Source: Gemmatimonadota bacterium | GTDB lineage: Bacteria > Latescibacterota > UBA2968 > UBA8231 | DNA: 11,873 nt | Direction of reading: 5' to 3' | NCBI GenBank assembly: GCA_038128265.1 | Contig: JAYPJE010000095.1 | Span: 1 to 11,873, forward strand | In this document: piece by piece, positions 1-5,663 of the stretch | How positions within the stretch are numbered: position 1 is the first letter of the stretch | Layout of the letters: each line of letters opens with the position of its first letter | Translations under genes and position numbers: made by a program | Notes under the pieces: generated by a model | Told to the model about the DNA's origin: nothing | Database searches by the model: none | Seen by the model: only the letters and a program-made list of their open reading frames with translations

Positions 1-126
1 TGGCAGGCCATCGCTTCCTATATGGAATGGCTCGGCCCCATGCGGCTCATCGATGTCGAACTCGTGCAGCTGCAGATTGTGGCCAAGTTCCGCGGCGAAG
101 CAATCAGCGACGAAGAATTCTGCTAG
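1..126 (+). CDS. 3' end of a gene (5'-truncated by the window edge) ending in a FliG C-terminal-like domain; paralog of 139-930
   Basis: Not in the ORF track. Frame 1 translates to WQAIASYMEWLGPMRLIDVELVQLQIVAKFRGEAISDEEFC* (TAG 124-126). This matches the FliG C-terminal pattern MExLGPVRLxDVExxQxxIV and aligns without gaps to the end of the next ORF. Confidence 0.8.
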   Translation, partial: WQAIASYMEWLGPMRLIDVELVQLQIVAKFRGEAISDEEFC

Positions 127-138
127 GGAGGGTGTGAT

Positions 139-930
139 ATGACCACGTCACGGGAATTGCCCGATCGCCCTAGCCTAGAAAATTTGAGAAAGCAGGCCAA
201 GGCGCTGCACCGACAGATCACGGCCGGCGATGATGAGGCCGTCGCTCGGGCACGGCAGCACCTGCCGCGCCTGGGCCGCATCGACGCGGCGGATGTAGCC
301 CGAGCGGGCGTAACGCTGCAAGAGGTCCAGCACATTATTGCCGTCGAATACGGCTATGGCAAGTGGCAGGACCTGCTGGCCAGCCTAGACGGACAGCGTC
401 CCAAGAATTGGCCGCGCGCGATTCCCATCCGGCCGGGCTTGCCCAACTTGGAGCGCGAAGCGGCTATGTTGCACCGCGCTGCTCAGGAGGGACGATCTTG
501 GTGTGCCCTGCGCTTCAGAAAAAGCGTCGCCCGCTTGGCCGATGTGCCCGACGATGAAATCGGCCGCGCTGGCGTAACCTTAGACGAGGCGAGGCTAGTC
601 ATCGCCACCGATTACGGCTACGCGAGTTGGACCGATTTGGATGCAGAGGTAGGTCAACTGCGTCCCGTGCACGCCTTCGAGAGCTTGGCCGACCTAGAGG
701 ACGACGAGATCCGCGAGATCATCGTTCGCGTGGGACGCGATCGCCTCGCCATCGCTTTCAAGTCGGTGAGCGACCACTTCAAGAATCGCTTCTCAACCAA
801 TATGACCGCTGCAGAGTGGCGGGCTCTGGTAGAGGCTACCGAAGCGCTCGGTCCCATGCCGCAGACCGCAGTAGAGGCGGTGCAGTTGGAGATCCTGCGC
901 AAGTTCCGCAGCGACGACCCGCTGGTGTGA
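139..930 (+). CDS. Hypothetical protein, 263 aa: two tandem N-terminal helical repeats (LPxRPxLxxL...AxxYGYxxWxDL) fused to a FliG C-terminal-like domain
   Basis: GGAGG RBS at 127-131 and ATG at 139. Residues 7-80 and 95-168 are repeats. Residues ~180-257 (FESLADLEDDEIREIIVRVGRDRLAIAFK...FSTNMT...LGPM...VEAVQLEIL) follow the FliG_C pattern FEDLxxLDDxxIxxxLRxVxxxxLAxALK...NMS...LGPV...VExAQxxI. It lacks the FliG N and middle domains, so it is not called fliG. Confidence 0.8.
   Translation: MTTSRELPDRPSLENLRKQAKALHRQITAGDDEAVARARQHLPRLGRIDAADVARAGVTLQEVQHIIAVEYGYGKWQDLLASLDGQRPKNWPRAIPIRPGLPNLEREAAMLHRAAQEGRSWCALRFRKSVARLADVPDDEIGRAGVTLDEARLVIATDYGYASWTDLDAEVGQLRPVHAFESLADLEDDEIREIIVRVGRDRLAIAFKSVSDHFKNRFSTNMTAAEWRALVEATEALGPMPQTAVEAVQLEILRKFRSDDPLV
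157..642 (+). repeat. Intragenic tandem domain duplication (copies ~157-378 and ~421-642; period 264 nt / 88 aa)
   Basis: Gap-free manual alignment gives about 30 identical residues in ~74, including LHR, RL, RAGVTLxE, IA and YGYxxWxDL. Confidence 0.9.
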
Positions 931-942
931 TGGACAAATAGC

Positions 943-980
943 CGCTCGGGTGGGTCGGTCTACAGCCACCCGCCCGAGCG
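943..980. terminator. Strong GC-rich hairpin just after the 139-930 stop; possible terminator or 3' stabilising stem
   Basis: CGCTCGGGTGGGT (943-955) pairs with ACCCGCCCGAGCG (968-980), 13 bp with one G-U pair. There is no immediate U-tract on the + strand. Confidence 0.5.
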
Positions 981-1110
981 CGTCGATCGGTGTGCCTTTT
1001 TCGAGTCGGATATAGAGCGCCGTCGTCGGGCGCACGATATCCGCCTCGTAGCGCCTCTTGGCAGTACAGCTCCAATTTTTCAACAGATAAATGCCGCTGA
1101 GAGCGCCAAC

Positions 1111-1150
1111 AAAAAAGCCCTCTGAACGCGTTGGGTCGCTTCCAGAGGGC
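1111..1150 (-). terminator. Rho-independent terminator downstream of tRNA-Val
   Basis: Minus strand reads GCCCTCTG-gaagcgacccaacgcgtt-CAGAGGGC-TTTTTT, beginning 8 nt after the tRNA CCA end. Confidence 0.85.
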
Positions 1151-1158
1151 CGTATAAA

Positions 1159-1235
1159 TGGTGGGCGATACTAGATTTGAACTAGTGACCTCCTGCATGT
1201 CAAGCAGGCGCTCTAACCAACTGAGCTAATCGCCC
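1159..1235 (-). tRNA. tRNA-Val (anticodon GAC), 77 nt, CCA encoded
   Basis: Reverse complement is GGGCGATTAGCTCAGTTGGTTAGAGCGCCTGCTTGACATGCAGGAGGTCACTAGTTCAAATCTAGTATCGCCCACCA. Acceptor stem GGGCGAT/ATCGCCC, D arm GCTC/GAGC, anticodon stem CCTGC/GCAGG with loop TTGACAT, T arm ACTAG-TTCAAAT-CTAGT. Confidence 0.98.
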
Positions 1236-1291
1236 CCAAACAGCCTCTTTACAGGCCATTTTAAATTCTCTTAATTGCTGACAGGCTGAAT

Positions 1292-1320
1292 AATGTAGAG
1301 CATAAAATACGCAGCGTCAA
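1292..1320 (-). promoter_or_regulatory. Sigma70-type promoter for tRNA-Val
   Basis: Minus strand: TTGACG (1320-1315), 17-nt spacer, TACATT (1297-1292), in an AT-rich gap about 55 nt upstream of the tRNA. Confidence 0.75.
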
Positions 1321-1351
1321 GCCTGTGCTCTCCCCTCATAGGAGCTATACT

Positions 1352-2404
1352 ATGCCCGTCACATATCGCGTTGGATTGGTCGGCTGTGGGCGCATGGGCG
1401 CCACTATTGACGACGAAGTAAAGGACCGCCCTAACTCCCATATTTTCCTGCCCTACTCGCATGCGGCAGCCATCGTCGCCAGCGAGCGCACCGAGCTTGT
1501 AGCCGTATGCGACCCCGTTCCCGAAAAGGCCGAGACCATTCGCCAGCGCTACGGTGCGCAGAAGGCCTATTCGGATCACGAGGCGATGATCGACGCCGAA
1601 AATCTCGACATAGTCGCCGTTGCTACGCGGCCCGGTCCGCATGCGGCCATTGTATGCTATGCAGCAGAGAAGGGCGTTCGGGGCATCTACTGCGAAAAGC
1701 CGCTGTGCAATGCCGTGAGCGAAATGGATGCGATGCGCGCCGCTTGCAGCAAGGCCGGCGTAAAGTTTAACTACGGCACGCAGCGCCGCTATATGCCGGT
1801 TTATTCGCGCGTGCGCGAAATGGTGGCCGAAGGAGCGATTGGCGACGTGCAGGCTATCGTTGCCCACTGTGGCGCCAGTGCGGCGCAGTGGGGTCTGACC
1901 CACGCTGCCGATATGGTGCTGTTCCTAGCCGGCGATGGCGAGATCGAATCGGTGCAGGGGGCGCTGGTTGACGCGGAGGGCGATTGGCAAGGCGATGTGC
2001 TGAAAAAAGACGCGGCCATTAGCAGCGCCTACGTGCGCTTTAAAAACGGTATACACGCCTATCTCACTGCTTCGGGCGGGTGGGAGTTTGAGGTCAGCGG
2101 CAGCAAGGGCAAGCTGCGCACGCTGAGCAACAGCCTCGACTATCAGCTGCGTCAGATCGATGAACACGGAGAGCTCAAAGAGGTGGAAGTCGCGCCGGTC
2201 GAAATCGGCAGCGGCACGCAGCGCGGCATCGAAGATTTGGCGCGCGCGCTGGACGATGACGGCGATACGATGGGCAATTTAGAGCTGGCCTGCCGCAGTC
2301 AAGAAATGATCTTTGCCGTGGCCGAGTCGCATCGCCTGGGCGGTGCGCGCGTGCCGCTGCCCTTGGCCAATCGCCAATTGGCCATTGCGCCGGACCATTA
2401 TTGA
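1352..2404 (+). CDS. Gfo/Idh/MocA family NAD(P)-dependent oxidoreductase
   Basis: N-terminal Rossmann motif RVGLVGCGRMG, LVAVCD, LDIVAVATRPGPH and the family motif IYCEKP. The start is moved to ATG 1352, which follows AGGAG, from the track's GTG at 1325. Confidence 0.92.
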   Translation: MPVTYRVGLVGCGRMGATIDDEVKDRPNSHIFLPYSHAAAIVASERTELVAVCDPVPEKAETIRQRYGAQKAYSDHEAMIDAENLDIVAVATRPGPHAAIVCYAAEKGVRGIYCEKPLCNAVSEMDAMRAACSKAGVKFNYGTQRRYMPVYSRVREMVAEGAIGDVQAIVAHCGASAAQWGLTHAADMVLFLAGDGEIESVQGALVDAEGDWQGDVLKKDAAISSAYVRFKNGIHAYLTASGGWEFEVSGSKGKLRTLSNSLDYQLRQIDEHGELKEVEVAPVEIGSGTQRGIEDLARALDDDGDTMGNLELACRSQEMIFAVAESHRLGGARVPLPLANRQLAIAPDHY

Positions 2405-2416
2405 AATGGGACTGCT

Positions 2417-2848
2417 CTGAAAATTTCCATCGTCACGTTTCAGAAGAACAGAAACGCAGACGTCGAAGCGGCCGAGGGCGAGTACGTCAAACGGCTGTCT
2501 CGCCACGCCGACGTGGAGCTCTGTCCAATTAAGAACTGGAAGGACGACGACGGACTGCCGGCGCGCTTTCTCAAGGCCGGTCGCATCGTCGGGCTCTTTG
2601 TCGAGGGGCGCTCGTATTCTTCGGAAGGATTGGCCGATCAGCTACAGCAGTGGATGAACGGCGGCGTGTCCCATATCGTGCTGGTAATCGGTGCAGCCGA
2701 GGGCATGCCCAGTGGCGTGGTAGGGCAGATCGGCGAAAAGTGGTCGCTGTCGAAGCTGACGTTTTCGCACCAGCTTATACGCCTGCTGCTACTGGAAGCG
2801 CTCTATCGCTCGTTCGATATATTGCACGGCGGTCGCTACCATAAATGA
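2417..2848 (+). CDS. rlmH: 23S rRNA (pseudouridine-1915-N3)-methyltransferase RlmH (SPOUT family); probable non-canonical CTG start
   Basis: C-terminal motifs IGAAEG, WSLSKLTFSHQLIRLLLLEALYRSFDILHGGRYHK. The frame stays open upstream of the track start (2513) as LKISIVTFQK...EYVKRLSRH, matching the RlmH N-terminus MKIxIxxVGK...EYxKRL. The start position is inferred. Confidence 0.9.
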   Translation: MKISIVTFQKNRNADVEAAEGEYVKRLSRHADVELCPIKNWKDDDGLPARFLKAGRIVGLFVEGRSYSSEGLADQLQQWMNGGVSHIVLVIGAAEGMPSGVVGQIGEKWSLSKLTFSHQLIRLLLLEALYRSFDILHGGRYHK

Positions 2849-2850
2849 GC

Positions 2851-3993
2851 TTAGAAATAGCTCATCAATTTGTCCCATAGATCCATGCGGCCGACGCTCT
2901 TCTCGGCGACGATGGGCATCTCGACCAGCAGGCTATCGCCGAGCGAGATCGTTAGGCGACCGAGTGCATCCCCTTCTTCTACGGGAGCGGGTAGCTGTGC
3001 GGGCAGCTCGAGCTGGCGCTGCAGCGCGCGCTCCTGATCGGGGCTCAAGATGGCGGTGGCGACTTCGGGCACGAGCGCGCGCACGTGCGGCTCAAGACCC
3101 CAGTCGAGCGCAACGCTACCCATCACTTCGCCTGCGTCGGCAAGGGGCACGCGCGAAAACGTATCGAAGCCCCAGTCTATCAGGCGCCGCGTCTCGCGGT
3201 CGCGCAGCCGTTCGGAGCGCGCGCCAAGCACGACGGAGACCAGGCGCATATCCCGGCGCATGGCCGTGGCGACCAGGCAGGATCCAGCGCGCTGTGTATA
3301 GCCGGTTTTGAGGCCGTCTAGCCCTTCAAATTTGCCGAGCAGTTTGTTGGTTGTATAGAGCATAAATTTGCCATCGCGAAACGGCTTATAGCGAATAGAC
3401 GACCACTGCAAAACCTGCGGATAGCGCAGCAGGGCGCGCGCAATCTGCGCTAGATCGTGGGCGGTAGTTAGGTTGCGGTTGTCCATCGGCGTGTCGTCTA
3501 GGCCGTGTACGTTGACGCAGCGCGTGTTGCGCAGCCCGAGCTGCTGGGCTTGGGCGTTCATCATGTCGATGTAGCTCGCGACGGAGCCGCCGATATGCTC
3601 TGCAACGGCGACGCAGGCGTCGTTGGCGGAGGGAATGACGATCGCCTCCATCAGCTCTTCGAGGGGAAATACCTCGCCCTGTGCCAAGAATACCTGAGAG
3701 CCGCCGATGCGCGAAGCACGCGCCGATACGCGCACCGAGTCGCTCAGCGAGAATTGGCCGCTTTCCACCTGCTGCATCGCGACTAACTCGAGCAGCAGTT
3801 TTTGCGTGCTGGCCGGTGAGCGCTGTTCGTGGGCGTTGTGCGAAAAGAGGACGGTGCCCGTTTCGGCTTCTACGAGAATGGCTGCGGCATAGGGTGGATT
3901 TTTACCCGGGTCGAATTCGATCGCGTGGGCAGCCACGGCAAATAAATAGGCAAAGAGAAGCCCTCCTGCATGGAATGCGCTGTGCATAGGCAT
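2851..3993 (-). CDS. D-alanyl-D-alanine carboxypeptidase (peptidase S11, PBP5/DacA-DacF-like)
   Basis: Catalytic motifs SxxK (PASTQK), SxN (SANDA) and KTG (GLKTGYT), plus NVHGL. It has an N-terminal hydrophobic signal peptide (…LLFAYLFAVAAHA), a PBP5 C-terminal-like region (LPAPVEEGDALG) and an amphipathic tail (LWDKLMSYF). The start could be 3993 or 3987. Confidence 0.93.
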   Translation of the reverse strand: MPMHSAFHAGGLLFAYLFAVAAHAIEFDPGKNPPYAAAILVEAETGTVLFSHNAHEQRSPASTQKLLLELVAMQQVESGQFSLSDSVRVSARASRIGGSQVFLAQGEVFPLEELMEAIVIPSANDACVAVAEHIGGSVASYIDMMNAQAQQLGLRNTRCVNVHGLDDTPMDNRNLTTAHDLAQIARALLRYPQVLQWSSIRYKPFRDGKFMLYTTNKLLGKFEGLDGLKTGYTQRAGSCLVATAMRRDMRLVSVVLGARSERLRDRETRRLIDWGFDTFSRVPLADAGEVMGSVALDWGLEPHVRALVPEVATAILSPDQERALQRQLELPAQLPAPVEEGDALGRLTISLGDSLLVEMPIVAEKSVGRMDLWDKLMSYF

Positions 3994-4047
3994 GGCGTTG
4001 GCCTGTAGAAAATTCGATGTATGCGGGGAGCTGGGGGTGAGCGATAG

Positions 4048-4075
4048 AAACTACGGCTTATGGATTTTTGGTCAA
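4048..4075 (-). promoter_or_regulatory. Possible sigma70-like promoter for the carboxypeptidase gene
   Basis: Minus strand: TTGACC (4075-4070), 16-nt spacer, TAGTTT (4053-4048), in the divergent gap. Confidence 0.35.
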
Positions 4076-4112
4076 CTAGTGTGGCCGCGATGCGCTGCAT
4101 AAGGGAGACGAT

Positions 4113-5597
4113 ATGAAGAGGGTGCTGATTGCTGGTTTGGTGCACGAAACGCATACGTTCCTCGCCGAGCATACGGAACTGGCGCGCTTTGAAGAGATGG
4201 TATGGCGCTGCGGACAGCCGATGCTAGACTATTGCCGCGGCGACCTGTCGCCCATGGGCGGAGCGCTCGAGGTAGCCGATGCCTTGGGATGGCAGCTCTA
4301 CCCTTCGCGATACGGGGCTGCCATGCCCTCGGGAACGGTCGAAGACGAAGTGCTGCGCGTGTGGTGGAGCGAAGTCGAGCGCGATTTGGATGCGGCCCTG
4401 CAGAATGGACTGGACGGCGTGTTGCTCATCTTGCACGGGGCCATGGTCTGCGCGTCGTTTGCCGATGCCGAGGGCGAGGTGCTGCGGCGCGTGCGCGCCA
4501 AAGTTGGTCCGCATATACCAATTGCCGCCGATCTCGATCTGCACGCCAATTTCAGCCCTGAGATGGCAGAGTACGGCACCCTCTTTACCGGATATCGGGA
4601 GAATCCACACACGGATGCGCGCCAGGCCGGCGTGCGCGCTGCAGAGCTGCTCCATCGCACCATGCAGTCGGGCGAGCGGCCGCGCGTGGTTTGTGTCAAA
4701 CCCGGTGCCCTGTATGCGCCGGTGGGTACGGGCACGGCCAACGAGCCCATGCGCAGCTTTCAGGCAGCGGCTCGCGCCCTCGAAGCACACTATCCGGAAC
4801 TGTTGGAGGTGTGCGTGCTGCCGGGCTTTGCCTACGCTGATATCCCCTGTGCCGGTTTTGCGCTAGTGGCCACGACTACCGGCGATGCGGTCAAGGCACA
4901 GAACCTACTGGCGCCGCTCGCTGAGGAAGTGCTGGCCCGCGTAGAGCAGGGCAATCCACTCGACCCGCCGGTCGATGAGGCGCTGCCCAACGCGCTGCGC
5001 CACAAAGCGGGGCCCATTGGCCTGATCGAACCATCGGACAATATTGGCGGGGGCACGCCGGGCGATGGCACGGGTATCCTGCAGGCCCTGCTGCGCTACG
5101 AAGTGGACAATGCCGCTGTGGTGATAAACGATTCGCAGGCCGTGCGCGCCTGTCACAGCGCCAGCGTTGGCGATCGTCTGCACTTGCCTGTCGGCGGCAA
5201 GGTCGACCGCCTGCACGGACCGACGCTCGATTTGGATCTGCAGATCGAAAATTTAACCGATGGAAAGTTCGACTTAGAGAATCCCCATTCGCATCTAGCC
5301 TCGCTCGTCGGGCGCCACGTCGATATGGGGCTGTGCGCTGTGGTGCGCCACCGCGGTGTGCGAATATTGCTAACGACGCTCAAGACGCCGCCGATGGATT
5401 TGGGACAGCTGCGCTCGCAGGGCATTGTGCCCGAACAGCTCTACGTGGTCGGGATCAAGGCAGCGGTTTCGCACAAGGCGGCCTACGACCCCATTCTAAA
5501 GGCCAGCTTTTACGTCGATACGCCGGGATTGGGGTCGAGCGATCTGAGGCGTTTTGCCTTTCGCCACGTGCCGCGCCCTATTGCGCCGCTGGACTAA
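4113..5597 (+). CDS. MlrC-family (peptidase M81) metallohydrolase
   Basis: Family motifs HETHTF, LHGAM, DAEG, DLDLHAN, YRENPHTD and SDNIGGGTPGD. Length of 494 aa is typical. RBS AGGGAG lies upstream. Confidence 0.9.
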   Translation: MKRVLIAGLVHETHTFLAEHTELARFEEMVWRCGQPMLDYCRGDLSPMGGALEVADALGWQLYPSRYGAAMPSGTVEDEVLRVWWSEVERDLDAALQNGLDGVLLILHGAMVCASFADAEGEVLRRVRAKVGPHIPIAADLDLHANFSPEMAEYGTLFTGYRENPHTDARQAGVRAAELLHRTMQSGERPRVVCVKPGALYAPVGTGTANEPMRSFQAAARALEAHYPELLEVCVLPGFAYADIPCAGFALVATTTGDAVKAQNLLAPLAEEVLARVEQGNPLDPPVDEALPNALRHKAGPIGLIEPSDNIGGGTPGDGTGILQALLRYEVDNAAVVINDSQAVRACHSASVGDRLHLPVGGKVDRLHGPTLDLDLQIENLTDGKFDLENPHSHLASLVGRHVDMGLCAVVRHRGVRILLTTLKTPPMDLGQLRSQGIVPEQLYVVGIKAAVSHKAAYDPILKASFYVDTPGLGSSDLRRFAFRHVPRPIAPLD

Positions 5598-5604
5598 AGT
5601 CGGC

Positions 5605-5634
5605 TTGACCGGCGGCGACGTATCCGCTTAGCTT
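5605..5634 (+). promoter_or_regulatory. Possible sigma70-like promoter for the dioxygenase gene
   Basis: TTGACC (5605-5610), 18-nt spacer, TAGCTT (5629-5634). RBS AGAGGAG at 5651-5657. Confidence 0.4.
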
Positions 5635-5663
5635 TTGTACTCTATCAGACAGAGGAGAAGGCG

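Noticed and set aside
139..930. Calling this gene fliG (flagellar motor switch protein)
   Set aside because: Only the C-terminal ~80 aa resemble FliG. The N and middle domains and most torque charges are missing, and there is no flagellar context.
793..1198. Minus-strand ORFs 793-1083 and 836-1198
   Set aside because: They overlap the tRNA, its terminator or the 3' end of the + strand gene, and show no recognisable motifs.
1..1235. Genomic island integrated at the tRNA-Val 3' end
   Set aside because: No integrase, no visible duplicate of the tRNA 3' end and no obvious compositional shift; the native terminator directly follows the tRNA. An att copy outside the window cannot be excluded.
1325..1351. 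Track start (GTG 1325) for the oxidoreductase
   Set aside because: ATG 1352 has an AGGAG RBS and immediately precedes the Rossmann beta-strand.
1271..1903. 210-aa antisense ORF and the other alternative-frame ORFs (e.g. 4224-4790, 4279-4866, 6077-6505, 7977-8399, 8625-9053, 11052-11465)
   Set aside because: These are shadow ORFs expected in GC-rich DNA. Each lies within a well-supported gene and has low-complexity Arg/Ala-rich composition with no family motifs.
2402..2404. Selenocysteine or recoded TGA producing an oxidoreductase-RlmH fusion
   Set aside because: The oxidoreductase is already complete at this stop, no SECIS-like hairpin is evident just downstream, and TGA serves as a normal stop in several other genes here.
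4113..5597. Microcystin degradation (mlr) cluster
   Set aside because: No mlrA, mlrB or mlrD neighbours. M81 family membership alone does not imply microcystin activity.
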